Of a stretch of 64,000 bases of DNA, positions 29,987-39,430 are shown piece by piece. Within the stretch, counting starts at the first letter, position 1. Every line of letters starts with the position of its first letter. Made by a program: the position numbers and the translations under genes. Source of the stretch: Candidatus Microgenomatus sp. (lineage in GTDB: Bacteria > Patescibacteriota > Microgenomatia > UBA8517); assembly GCA_020724585.1 (NCBI GenBank), contig DYGS01000001.1, positions 358,002 to 422,001 on the forward strand. The letters are read 5' to 3'. The notes below the pieces were generated by a model, which did not search any database, was not told the DNA's origin, and worked only from the letters and a program-made list of their open reading frames with translations.

Positions 29987-30210
29987 GTAACACATATTCT
30001 ACTAGAGATATAGCAGAGGCGTCTGCGTTACTAGCTAGGGGACAAAAACTAATTGCTGTAAATAAAGTTGACAGTGTTTGTTATTTTAATTTTAAAGATG
30101 CTCAAGTTTGTAAACAAACATCAAATGAGTACTTCTTTGGAGAGCTATTGGTTAATGCAAGATTATTTCATGAATCCTTTATCAGATTGAAAAACAAAAT
30201 TTTTCAGTGA
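29977..30210 (+). CDS. DUF5659-like phage/ICE small protein
   Basis: YSTRDIAEASALLARGQKL...YFNF pattern, recognised by eye. Confidence 0.65.
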   Translation: MEIGNTYSTRDIAEASALLARGQKLIAVNKVDSVCYFNFKDAQVCKQTSNEYFFGELLVNARLFHESFIRLKNKIFQ

Positions 30211-30238
30211 AAAGAATTGTGAAAGTTGAGTAACTAAT

Positions 30239-30607
30239 ATGGACAATGATATTAAAATTAAAATTATATTAAAGGACAAAGGAAAGTTATTAGCAAATGC
30301 AAACATTTATTTGCCCACACTTGAATACGGAATTGTTGTCATTAAAGGATTTCAAGTTTGGAAAAGTGAGCGAGAAAATACTCGTTTGCACAATGATATG
30401 TTAAACATTCAGCCACCGTCAACTTGGGGCAAATATAAAGGGAATATAACATTTGTATTTTTTGAGGACGAACCTAAGTGGTATAAAATTGAAAGTCTAA
30501 TATATGATAAATATATCGAAAGCATGAACAAACAAAATGTAAAGGAATTTGATCTGGACGAAATTGATATAGGTATTGAAAAAAGTAAAACGCTATTTAC
30601 TAATTAG
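30239..30607 (+). CDS. SpoVG-like nucleic-acid-binding protein
   Basis: KLLANANI...VIKGFQVW...IQPPS pattern with acidic C-tail. Confidence 0.55.
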   Translation: MDNDIKIKIILKDKGKLLANANIYLPTLEYGIVVIKGFQVWKSERENTRLHNDMLNIQPPSTWGKYKGNITFVFFEDEPKWYKIESLIYDKYIESMNKQNVKEFDLDEIDIGIEKSKTLFTN

Positions 30608-30682
30608 TAACTATATAGTTATAGTTACTATATAAAAACTATATGATTACTGATAAGTATAAGTAATAGTTAATATATTAAA

Positions 30683-32200
30683 ATGGAAATTAAATACATA
30701 AGATACTCTAGAAAATCATCTGAAGCAAAGGAAAGACAGATCGCTTCAATAACCGATCAAAATTTAGAATGTGAGGAGTATGCAATCAAAAACAATTTAG
30801 TTATTGAATATCGATTAGAAGAAAGCAAATCTGCATATAAACCAGACAGGCGCGAAAAATTTACTGAGATGATTCAAATGATTGAATCGGGTTTAGCAAA
30901 CGGCATTATTACTTGGAAACTTGATAGATTGAGTAGAAACCCGAAAGAGGGTGGAATAATAATGCAACTGCTAAGTGATGGAAAGATAAAGGAAATAAGA
31001 ACGCCTATGGGAGATATTTACACACCCGATAGCGACCCTCTTATACTTCAATTGCATTTAGGTATGGCGAATCAGTACAGTAAAGTGTTAAGTCAAAACG
31101 TCTTACGAGGTTTGAAACATAAAGTTGAGCGTGGTGAATATCCAAGCGATGCAATTTATGGATATAAAACTGCAGGTGAAAAAGGAAGAAAAAATTTAGT
31201 AGTTGATCCATTCGAAGCCCCACTAATTAAAAGTTCATTTGAACTATTTGCCACAGGTCAATACTCGCTCAGTCATATCGCAAACCATTTATATTCGAAA
31301 GGTTTAGTTTCAACAAGCAAAAACAAACTAACTAAAGAAGGTATTAGGCGAATTTTGAAAAACTCAACTTATTATGGCTATTTTAAAAGAAAAGGAGAAT
31401 TTTTTAAAGGAACTTATGAGCCACTTATAACTAAACAGTTATTTGATTCTGTTCAGGAAGTATTATCAAACAGGTCTAAACCTCAAGTAAACATCTGGGA
31501 TAAATATAGCTACAACGGGTTATTAAAATGCCCTAGTTGTGGCTCTGCTATAACTACAACAGTAAAAGAAAAATTCTATAAAGGTACAAACAGAAAAGCT
31601 ACGTATTTTTACCTTCATTGTACTAAGCGTAAAGGATCATGTATGCAAAAGAGTGTTACTTTACAAGATTTTGAAGATAAGCTATTGGAACAGCTTTCAA
31701 AGATAACAATTGACCAAGAAGTATGGGAATTAGGTATAAAACTCTTAAAGGAAAAAAGTAAGCAAGAAATTTCAAAAGGTGGTGTTGTGACTGAAAAGTA
31801 TACACATCAGTTTAAGATTGCACAGGCCAAGGTTTTTAATTTAGTTGAAATGAGAGCAAATGGCGAACTGACAAAAGAGGAATTTATGATTCAAAAACAA
31901 CTCTATTTACAGGATCTAGCTAGAATTGAAAGTTTGTTAAAAGATAGTGCGCGTACTGGTTTTAATTGGTTGGAACTTGCTGAAAAATTATTGAACAACG
32001 CTTTTGAGCTTCGTGATATTATGAAGCTTGGAAAGCCAGAGGAAAAAAGAGAGCTACTTATGCAGGTTGGTGAGAACTTCTATTTAAGTGACAAAAAACC
32101 AGAATTTAGCTTCAAAAAACCTTATGATATTCTGTTAAAACCTGTTAGTCAGTTTTCAATGCGGGATCGACGAGACTCGAACTCGCAGCCTTTGCCGTGA
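30683..32200 (+). CDS. Large serine recombinase (integrase)
   Basis: YSRKSS catalytic Ser, WKLDRLSRN, recombinase domain, Zn ribbon CPSCG...HC...C, coiled coil. Confidence 0.95.
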   Translation: MEIKYIRYSRKSSEAKERQIASITDQNLECEEYAIKNNLVIEYRLEESKSAYKPDRREKFTEMIQMIESGLANGIITWKLDRLSRNPKEGGIIMQLLSDGKIKEIRTPMGDIYTPDSDPLILQLHLGMANQYSKVLSQNVLRGLKHKVERGEYPSDAIYGYKTAGEKGRKNLVVDPFEAPLIKSSFELFATGQYSLSHIANHLYSKGLVSTSKNKLTKEGIRRILKNSTYYGYFKRKGEFFKGTYEPLITKQLFDSVQEVLSNRSKPQVNIWDKYSYNGLLKCPSCGSAITTTVKEKFYKGTNRKATYFYLHCTKRKGSCMQKSVTLQDFEDKLLEQLSKITIDQEVWELGIKLLKEKSKQEISKGGVVTEKYTHQFKIAQAKVFNLVEMRANGELTKEEFMIQKQLYLQDLARIESLLKDSARTGFNWLELAEKLLNNAFELRDIMKLGKPEEKRELLMQVGENFYLSDKKPEFSFKKPYDILLKPVSQFSMRDRRDSNSQPLP

Positions 32201-32235
32201 CAGGGCAACGCTCTAACCAATTGAGCTACGACCCC
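32162..32235 (-). tRNA. tRNA-Asp(GTC)
   Basis: Acceptor GGGGTCG/CGATCCC, G discriminator, anticodon arm TTGCC-ctGTCac-GGCAA, T-loop TTCGAGT. Confidence 0.96.
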
Positions 32236-32308
32236 ACACTGAAAACTACTTGTCTATTTTACAATAAAATGCATTTATCTACCAGCAATAACTTGTTATA
32301 CTGAATTA

Positions 32309-32611
32309 ATGCCTAAACACAAAAAAATACATAGGGACAAGAATAAAAATGGTGTGGATGATAGGCTGGATTTGATTGCACATATAAGCGCAGTAGTTTT
32401 ACCTTTTACAACAATCGATCAGCTTTACATAGTTTTTGTTAAAAAACAGACAGATGGAGTGTCTTCAACTACATGGCTTTTGTATGGGCTTTTAACAATT
32501 CCACTTCTGATTTATTCAATTAAACGGAAAGAGGTTCCCATGATTATCCTAAATGGTCTTTGGGTAATAATTGATTTTGCCGTTTGGATTGGTGTAGTTA
32601 TGTATTCGTGA
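32309..32611 (+). CDS. SemiSWEET/PQ-loop-like small transporter
   Basis: 3 TM helices, DQL...K...GVS..TW and PMIILN motifs. Confidence 0.75.
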   Translation: MPKHKKIHRDKNKNGVDDRLDLIAHISAVVLPFTTIDQLYIVFVKKQTDGVSSTTWLLYGLLTIPLLIYSIKRKEVPMIILNGLWVIIDFAVWIGVVMYS

Positions 32612-32624
32612 TATATTTAGGTAA

Positions 32625-34358
32625 ATGAATAATACTCAAATTGCTGAATTACTTCGTAATGTTGCGGCTTCGTATCAATACAAAGACCCAATTAAGTATA
32701 AATTTCAAATAATTGCTTATAATCGCGCCGCTGATTCCATAGAACATGCTACAAGCGAGCTTAAAGATTTGTGGGACGATGGAAAACTTGATGATGTTCC
32801 TTCAATCGGTGTTTCAATCGCTAAGCACTTAGATGAACTGTTTAGAACAGGCAAATCAAAACATTTTGAAGATTTAATGAAAGATATTCCAAAAGAGGCA
32901 TTTATTTTAATGGCGCTTCCTAAAATTGGTTTAAAAACTGCCCTTCGGCTAATCGCTCAGGGTAAACCAGATGAGGTAAAAAGGCTTTTAAAAGATGCTG
33001 AAAAACTTAAGGCAAAAAACAAAAGACTATTACTTCCATATGCAGAAAACTTAGCGCTAGAGGTCATAGAATGGATTAAGAAAAGCGAATATGTAGAAAA
33101 TGTAGATGTATTAGGGTCTTTAAGAAGAAGATCGGCAACTGTTGGAGATATTGATATCCTTGCTGCTCCAAAAAACTCAAAAACTCAAAAAATCCACACC
33201 AAAGGTGGTTACTTTAACTCAAAACTAATTGAACATTTCACAAAATATCCAAAGGCACAAAAAATTATAGAGGCGGGGGATACTACAGCCTCTTTGCTTC
33301 TTCCAAACAATGTACAGGTAGATTTATTAGTTATGGATAGTGAGGCCTATGGAAATGCGCTGCAGCATTTCACAGGTAGTAAGTTTCATAATATTGCACT
33401 TCGAGAACATGCAAAAAAATTGGGTTACAGTTTAAACGAATATGGAGTAAAAAAAGCGAATAGCGGACAGCGAATAGCGAACAGATTTAAAACAGAAGAG
33501 GAATTGTATGAATTCTTAGGACTTCGTTATATCGAGCCGGAATTAAGGGAAGACGCCGGTGAAATAGAAAGCTCGCTTAATAATAGTTTACCTAATTTAG
33601 TTAAACTTGAAGATATAAAGGCTGATTTGCAAATTCATAGTAACTTTGACATTGAAACCTCACATGACTTAGGGGTTAGTACAATGGAAGAAATTATTGA
33701 AAAGGCAAGTCAACTTGGTTATGAATACATTGCCTTTACTGAACACAACCCAAGTAAAAAAGGGCATACCAACCAGCAAAAAATAAATTTAATAAAACAG
33801 AAATCAGAAGCTATTGAACAGTTAAATTACTCTCGTGAAAGCAATAGTGAAAAAAGAATACCAAAAGTATTCAACAGTTTAGAAATAGATATAAATAAAG
33901 ACGGATCATTGCCACTTCCTGATAAAGCCTTCGATTTTCTTGATTTTACACTTGTTTCTATACATGGAGTTTTTGATTTGTCTCGATTCGATCAAACGAA
34001 ACGGGTGATTAACGCACTCTCTTATCCCAAAGTAAAAATATTTGCCCATCCCACAGCAAGAAAAATTAATGAAAGAGAAGGAGTGGAACTTGATTGGGAA
34101 AAAATTTTTGACTTTTGCCTTAAAAATAATAAATGGATAGAGATAAATGCTGATCCTATGCGTTTAGATTTACCTGACACTTTAGTTCGTGATGCTGTTA
34201 AACTTGGGGTTAAACTAACGCTTGGAACAGACACCCATGAAGTATCTATGATGAATAATATGAAATATGGAGTTGATGTTGCTAGACGCGGCTGGGCAGA
34301 AAAAAAGAATATAATAAACACTAGAAGTTTGAAAGAATTTGAAGAAATGCTACAATGA
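32625..34358 (+). CDS. polX: DNA polymerase X / PHP domain protein
   Basis: GSLRR...GDIDIL, HFTGSKFHN, PELRE, and PHP motifs QIHS, TEH, AHPT, GTDTH. Confidence 0.93.
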   Translation: MNNTQIAELLRNVAASYQYKDPIKYKFQIIAYNRAADSIEHATSELKDLWDDGKLDDVPSIGVSIAKHLDELFRTGKSKHFEDLMKDIPKEAFILMALPKIGLKTALRLIAQGKPDEVKRLLKDAEKLKAKNKRLLLPYAENLALEVIEWIKKSEYVENVDVLGSLRRRSATVGDIDILAAPKNSKTQKIHTKGGYFNSKLIEHFTKYPKAQKIIEAGDTTASLLLPNNVQVDLLVMDSEAYGNALQHFTGSKFHNIALREHAKKLGYSLNEYGVKKANSGQRIANRFKTEEELYEFLGLRYIEPELREDAGEIESSLNNSLPNLVKLEDIKADLQIHSNFDIETSHDLGVSTMEEIIEKASQLGYEYIAFTEHNPSKKGHTNQQKINLIKQKSEAIEQLNYSRESNSEKRIPKVFNSLEIDINKDGSLPLPDKAFDFLDFTLVSIHGVFDLSRFDQTKRVINALSYPKVKIFAHPTARKINEREGVELDWEKIFDFCLKNNKWIEINADPMRLDLPDTLVRDAVKLGVKLTLGTDTHEVSMMNNMKYGVDVARRGWAEKKNIINTRSLKEFEEMLQ

Positions 34359-34380
34359 ATTCAGATTGGCGGTGATTGAT

Positions 34381-34941
34381 ATGAATATAACACTAATATT
34401 ACTAATAGTAGCAGTTTTGTTAGTTCTTTGGGTGGTTTCTACATATAACTTTTTTGTTTCCAGTAAAGCCAGAATTAAGGCTTCAATTCAAGAAATAGGA
34501 AATCAACTTAAAAGACAAGCTGATTTAATTCCAAATCTTGAATCTTCGGTTAAAGGATATTTGAAGCATGAAAAAGGAATACTTGAGATGTTATCCGAAG
34601 CAAGGAAACTTGTTTCAAAAGGACAAGATGCATCAAAACAAATTGGGGAGGCATTATCAGGTTTGAAAATCATTGTAGAAAGTAATCCTGAACTTAAAGC
34701 AAATACTGTTGTTGAAAATTTGATGAATGAGCTCAGAGATACTTCTGACAAAGTAATGTATGCAAGAAGACTAATGATTGATTTAACAGCTGATTACAAT
34801 GTTAAAAGAGCAACAGTACCTACTAACATCGTTGCCAACCTATTTAAATTTGAAGAACTAAAAGGTTTGGAAACTGCAGAAACTGGTGAACACTTAACAG
34901 TGAGTAGTCCAGAAATGAAGTCACCAAAAGTTAATCTCTAA
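34381..34941 (+). CDS. lemA: LemA family protein
   Basis: QLKRQADLIPNL...YLKHEK, PELKAN and P.NIVA motifs. Confidence 0.92.
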   Translation: MNITLILLIVAVLLVLWVVSTYNFFVSSKARIKASIQEIGNQLKRQADLIPNLESSVKGYLKHEKGILEMLSEARKLVSKGQDASKQIGEALSGLKIIVESNPELKANTVVENLMNELRDTSDKVMYARRLMIDLTADYNVKRATVPTNIVANLFKFEELKGLETAETGEHLTVSSPEMKSPKVNL

Positions 34942-34945
34942 CCAA

Positions 34946-35416
34946 ATGGAAAATCCTAAATTAAATATATTTTTTAGGCTTTTGGATATTTGTTTGCATC
35001 CAGTAATGTATTTACTTCAGGGCAATTTTATTGAAAAACCTCAAGAAACACACCCTTGGCATGTTAAAAAATATAAATGGAAAGGTCGAGGTATAAAAAT
35101 TAAAGGAAATGATGACTTAGCAAAATACAGTCAAAGTGGAATATCAAAATATTTGGGTTTGTATCATGCACCTATCTTGGGTGGCTTAAGAAAGTATGTT
35201 GTTTTAGAAGATTCAAAATTTAAAAAATTTTGGAATGTAGGATGGGATGGTCATATCCAAGTTTTAAGAATTTACGAACCAAGAATAAAACTTTTGGTTG
35301 GAAAAGAGGGTTACAATGCCCATGGTTTATCGGATGACAGAAACGAGGTAAAATTAAGTATCATAGATTTTGGTAAAATAGGAGATGGAAAGTATAAAAA
35401 TATAAGATTGTTTTAA
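34946..35416 (+). CDS. Hypothetical protein between lemA and htpX
   Basis: 156-aa ORF tightly packed in the operon. Confidence 0.7.
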   Translation: MENPKLNIFFRLLDICLHPVMYLLQGNFIEKPQETHPWHVKKYKWKGRGIKIKGNDDLAKYSQSGISKYLGLYHAPILGGLRKYVVLEDSKFKKFWNVGWDGHIQVLRIYEPRIKLLVGKEGYNAHGLSDDRNEVKLSIIDFGKIGDGKYKNIRLF

Positions 35417-35418
35417 TT

Positions 35419-36351
35419 ATGCAAAATATATATGAAGTGCAGAATAGCAACAAGGTAAAAAGTGGGGTTATTGTTGCCTTTTTCTTCCTTTTTGTAGCTG
35501 TTGCCACTTATTTTATTTCTTTAGCCTTCGGGGTATATTCGGGATATGAACCAAGTTCACTTGGGTTTGTAGGAATTGCTTTAATAGTTTCAGGCATTTC
35601 AACTTTTATAAGTTATTACTACTCAGACAAAATAGTTTTGGGAATAAGCGGGGCAAGACCGGCTAAAAAAGAAGAAGACAAAATTTTTAGCCAAGTAGCA
35701 GAGAATTTATCAATTGGTGCGGGGCTTCCTAAACCCAAACTTTATGTGATAGAGGATTCGGCACCCAATGCTTTCGCTACGGGTAGAGATCCTAAAAACG
35801 CTGTTATTTGTGCAACTTCCGGACTACTTTCAAAATTAAACAGAACAGAATTGGAGGCAGTAGTTGCTCACGAACTCTCTCATATCAAAAATTATGATAT
35901 TCGGCTCATGAGTATTGTTTCTGTTATGGTTGGATTAATTGCTCTTTTGGCAGATTGGTTTTTGAGAATGAGCTTCCATGGTAGAAATAAAAGTAATGAT
36001 CGTGACAATAATCAACTGGCTGCTATTATAATGGTTTTGGGTATTATATTTGCCATACTTTCTCCAATAATTGCCCAACTTATCCAGCTTGCCATTTCGA
36101 GAAGAAGAGAGTTTTTGGCCGATGCTTCGGCCGTTGCCATGACCAGACAACCTCAGGGTCTGATTTCGGCGCTTGTTAAAATATCAAACGATCATGAACG
36201 ATTGGAGGCTGCCAATAAAGCAACAGCCCATTTATATTTCGAGAACCCTTTTAAAGATAATATTAAAAATGGTGTTGGTTGGTTTGCAAATTTATTTAAC
36301 ACTCATCCCGCCGTCAAAGACAGAATCGCAGCCCTTCAAAAGATGGTTTAA
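35419..36351 (+). CDS. htpX: Zinc metalloprotease HtpX (M48)
   Basis: PNAFATG, AHELSH, SRRREFLADA and THP motifs. Confidence 0.95.
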   Translation: MQNIYEVQNSNKVKSGVIVAFFFLFVAVATYFISLAFGVYSGYEPSSLGFVGIALIVSGISTFISYYYSDKIVLGISGARPAKKEEDKIFSQVAENLSIGAGLPKPKLYVIEDSAPNAFATGRDPKNAVICATSGLLSKLNRTELEAVVAHELSHIKNYDIRLMSIVSVMVGLIALLADWFLRMSFHGRNKSNDRDNNQLAAIIMVLGIIFAILSPIIAQLIQLAISRRREFLADASAVAMTRQPQGLISALVKISNDHERLEAANKATAHLYFENPFKDNIKNGVGWFANLFNTHPAVKDRIAALQKMV

Positions 36352-36363
36352 AAGAAGTATTAT

Positions 36364-36678
36364 ATGGTTATGTCAAAGAGTAAATTAACAAAAAGTGATG
36401 TTTTGCATGTGGCTAAACTTTCCAACTTAAAGTTAACTGACGAGGAAGTTTCAAGATATAGCGATCAACTTTCAAAAATTGTTGATTATATAAGTGAACT
36501 TTCTAATGTTGATACTACTGGCATTAAACCTGTTTACCAAACGACTGGCTTAATCAATGTTTTAAGAGAAGATGAGGTAAATACTACAAATATCTTACCA
36601 ACAAACGCTGCGCTTTCTGGAACTGATAATACTAAAAATGACTTGTTTGTAGTTAAAAAAATATTAACAAACAACTAA
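36364..36678 (+). CDS. gatC: Asp/Glu-tRNA amidotransferase subunit C
   Basis: HVAKLSNL and LREDE motifs. Upstream of gatA. Confidence 0.93.
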   Translation: MVMSKSKLTKSDVLHVAKLSNLKLTDEEVSRYSDQLSKIVDYISELSNVDTTGIKPVYQTTGLINVLREDEVNTTNILPTNAALSGTDNTKNDLFVVKKILTNN

Positions 36679-36680
36679 TT

Positions 36681-38087
36681 ATGAATATACCCTTAACAAT
36701 TAAAGAGACACAAGATGGGTTAAAATCCAAAAAGTTTAGTGCAGTAGAATTAGTAGATGCTTACTTTTCTCAAATTAAAAAATACAATGATGAATATAAT
36801 ATTTTTCTAACTCTTACCGAAGATTCGGCTTACAAAAAAGCAAAGGAAGCTGACAAGATATTAAGTAATAAAGATATAGAGATATTAAGTGAAAAACCTT
36901 TGATAGGAGTAACAGCGTCCTATAAAGATATATTTTTAACAAAAGGGGTTAGAACGACGGCCGGTTCAAATATCTTAAATAATTTTATTCCGCCATATTC
37001 TGCTACCTCTGTTTTAAAAATGGAGAATGCAGGCGCTATAACCATTGGAAAAGCCAACTGCGATGCTTTTGCGCATGGCGCTAGCGGAGAAAATTCAGAT
37101 TATAAAGCTACACTAAACCCTTGGAACAAAAGTTATGTTCCTGGTGGGTCGTCAAGCGGCTCTGCGGCTTCGGTTAGTGCAAACATGAGTTTGGTTTCAC
37201 TCGGTTCAGATACGGGAGGATCGGTTAGGCAACCGGCAAGTTTTTGCAATCTGGTTGGATTAAAACCAACATATGGTGCAATATCAAGATATGGCGTGAT
37301 TGCTATGTCTTCGTCGCTTGACACTGTCGGGACTTTTGCTCATACAATTGACGATATTGAAATAATTTTTGATGTTTTAAGAGGCCAAGACGGCTTTGAT
37401 GGAAATGTTATCGATTTTGAAAAAAAGAGCTTTGATAAAAATAGTAAAATTAAGTTGGGTGTTGCCAAAGAGTATTTTGGTAAAGGTTTGGATAGTGAGG
37501 TTGAGGGTAAAATAGAGGAGGCAATCAAAATTTATGAACGATTAGGAGTTGAAATTGTTGAGGTTAGCCTTCCTCATACAAAATATGGCGTTTCAGTCTA
37601 TTACATAATTCAACCCGCGGAAGTATCCAGTAATTTGGGCAGATTTGATGGAATAAGATATGGAAATGATAGGAGCTTTTTTGGAGATGAAGCAAAAAGA
37701 AGAATTATGCTAGGAAGTTATGTATTATCCGCCGGTTATTACGATGCATATTATGAAAAAGCTCTAAAAGTCAGAACAAAGATGGTTGAAGATTTTAATA
37801 GGGTGTTTAGTCACGTTGATGCAATAATCTCTCCTGTTTCCCCGTCAACACCTTTTAAACTAGGTGAAAATGCGTCCAATCCTTTAAAAATGTATTTGGA
37901 GGATGTTTATACGACTACTGCAAATATAGTAGGCATTCCGGGACTTTCTGTTCCTTTTGGATTTAGCAAAAATGAATTACCTATTGGTTTCCAGCTTTTA
38001 GGGCCTAGATTTTCAGAACATAGGCTTTTTGAAATCGGAAGAATGTTTCACAAAGAAATTAATTATAAGCCAAGAGTGGCTTTGTGA
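36681..38087 (+). CDS. gatA: Asp/Glu-tRNA amidotransferase subunit A
   Basis: PGGSSSGS, GSDTGGSVRQPA and RRIMLG motifs. Confidence 0.97.
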   Translation: MNIPLTIKETQDGLKSKKFSAVELVDAYFSQIKKYNDEYNIFLTLTEDSAYKKAKEADKILSNKDIEILSEKPLIGVTASYKDIFLTKGVRTTAGSNILNNFIPPYSATSVLKMENAGAITIGKANCDAFAHGASGENSDYKATLNPWNKSYVPGGSSSGSAASVSANMSLVSLGSDTGGSVRQPASFCNLVGLKPTYGAISRYGVIAMSSSLDTVGTFAHTIDDIEIIFDVLRGQDGFDGNVIDFEKKSFDKNSKIKLGVAKEYFGKGLDSEVEGKIEEAIKIYERLGVEIVEVSLPHTKYGVSVYYIIQPAEVSSNLGRFDGIRYGNDRSFFGDEAKRRIMLGSYVLSAGYYDAYYEKALKVRTKMVEDFNRVFSHVDAIISPVSPSTPFKLGENASNPLKMYLEDVYTTTANIVGIPGLSVPFGFSKNELPIGFQLLGPRFSEHRLFEIGRMFHKEINYKPRVAL

Positions 38088-38099
38088 TAATTAAAAACT

Positions 38100-39428
38100 A
38101 TGATCTACACACCTATTATAGGTCTTGAAATACATATTGAACCAAATACAAAAAGCAAAATGTTTTGTGCTTGTCCGCAAGATCATTTTGGCAAAAAACC
38201 AAATAGTCAGACATGCCCTATTTGTTTAGGTCTTCCCGGAAGTTTACCCTTTACCAATAGAGAAGCTATTAATAAAACAATTAAACTAGGGCTTGCTTTG
38301 GGATCAAAAATATCTGAATTTAGCAAATTTTATAGAAAACATTATTTCTACCCCGATCTTCCGAAAGGCTTTCAAACAAGTCAAAAAGATGAAGTACTTT
38401 GTCTAGGGGGAAGCCTTTTTGGTAAAAGAATAAACCATATTCATTTGGAAGAAGATGCAGGCAAACTTATGCATGTTAATAACCAATCGTTAGTAGATTT
38501 TAATAGATCAGGCTGCGCTTTAATTGAACTTGTAACAGAACCTGATTTTCACTCAACTGATGAAGTTTTAGCATTCACCAAGGAGCTCCAATTAATTGCG
38601 CGGTACTTAGACATTAGTAATGCTGATATGGAAAAGGGGACAATGAGATTGGAAGCTAATATATCAATGCTAAATGCTAAAAATTCAAATGCTAAATTAC
38701 CGGATTACAAAGTTGAACTTAAAAATATCAATTCATTTAAATTTTTGGAAAAAGCTATAAATGCAGAAATTGTAAGACAAGAATCAGAATTGAGTAAGGG
38801 CCGAAAAATAATACAAGAAACAAGAGGATATGATGAAAATAAAAAAACAACTTTTAGCCAAAGAGTTAAAGAGGGAAGTGAAGACTACAGGTATTTTCCA
38901 GAAGCAGACCTGCCCCCGATCGAAATCGGGGAATTAAAAATTAAAAATTTAAAATTAAAAATTCCTGAATTGCCGCAGGCAAAGCGTGAGCGATTTCAGG
39001 ACATATATAAATTATCAAAAGATTATATTGAAATTTTAGTAAGTGATTTAAACAGAGCAAATTATTTTGAGGATGTCATTGCGAATGGAATGAAGCAACC
39101 CAGATTGAGGTCGCTTCACTCATTACATTCATTCGCGATGACAGTTGCGAATTTAATGATTAACAAACATTTAGATACAGACTATCCAGAGCCAGCAGGA
39201 CTTGCGAGAAAGATAATAGAACTAGAAGATAGAAGTTATGAGTCAGCAGAAAATACAGAAGAAGCAGTAAGACAGGTGTTACAGACAAATCCTGAAATAA
39301 TTAAAAAATATCAAAATGGACAAACGCAGGTTTTGAGTTTTTTAATCGGTCAGGTGCAAAAAATTCTTAGGGGAAGTGGAAACCCAAAATTGATCGGAGA
39401 TTTGCTTAAATCAAAATTGGAAAAATAG
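38100..39428 (+). CDS. gatB: Asp/Glu-tRNA amidotransferase subunit B
   Basis: IGLEIH, YFYPDLPK, HLEEDAGK and DYRYFPE motifs. Confidence 0.96.
   Translation: MIYTPIIGLEIHIEPNTKSKMFCACPQDHFGKKPNSQTCPICLGLPGSLPFTNREAINKTIKLGLALGSKISEFSKFYRKHYFYPDLPKGFQTSQKDEVLCLGGSLFGKRINHIHLEEDAGKLMHVNNQSLVDFNRSGCALIELVTEPDFHSTDEVLAFTKELQLIARYLDISNADMEKGTMRLEANISMLNAKNSNAKLPDYKVELKNINSFKFLEKAINAEIVRQESELSKGRKIIQETRGYDENKKTTFSQRVKEGSEDYRYFPEADLPPIEIGELKIKNLKLKIPELPQAKRERFQDIYKLSKDYIEILVSDLNRANYFEDVIANGMKQPRLRSLHSLHSFAMTVANLMINKHLDTDYPEPAGLARKIIELEDRSYESAENTEEAVRQVLQTNPEIIKKYQNGQTQVLSFLIGQVQKILRGSGNPKLIGDLLKSKLEK
39074..39143. repeat. Palindromic RPE/REP-like element in frame in gatB
   Basis: TGTCATTGCGAATG...GAAGCAACC/GGTCGCTTC...CATTCGCGATGACA, encoding VIANGMKQPRLRSLHSLHSFAMT. 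Confidence 0.85.
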
Positions 39429-39430
39429 AT

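Larger units (their letters stand above)
24670..32161. mobile_element. Integrated phage-satellite-like element at the 3' end of tRNA-Asp
   Basis: Large serine recombinase abuts the tRNA. Contains TerS-like, wHTH-like, DUF5659-like and SpoVG-like genes plus orphan cargo. Left boundary inferred from attP-like arm symmetry. Confidence 0.8.

Noticed and set aside
24670-32161. Complete prophage or conjugative element
   Set aside because: No capsid, portal, TerL, tail, lysis, relaxase or T4SS genes are recognisable.
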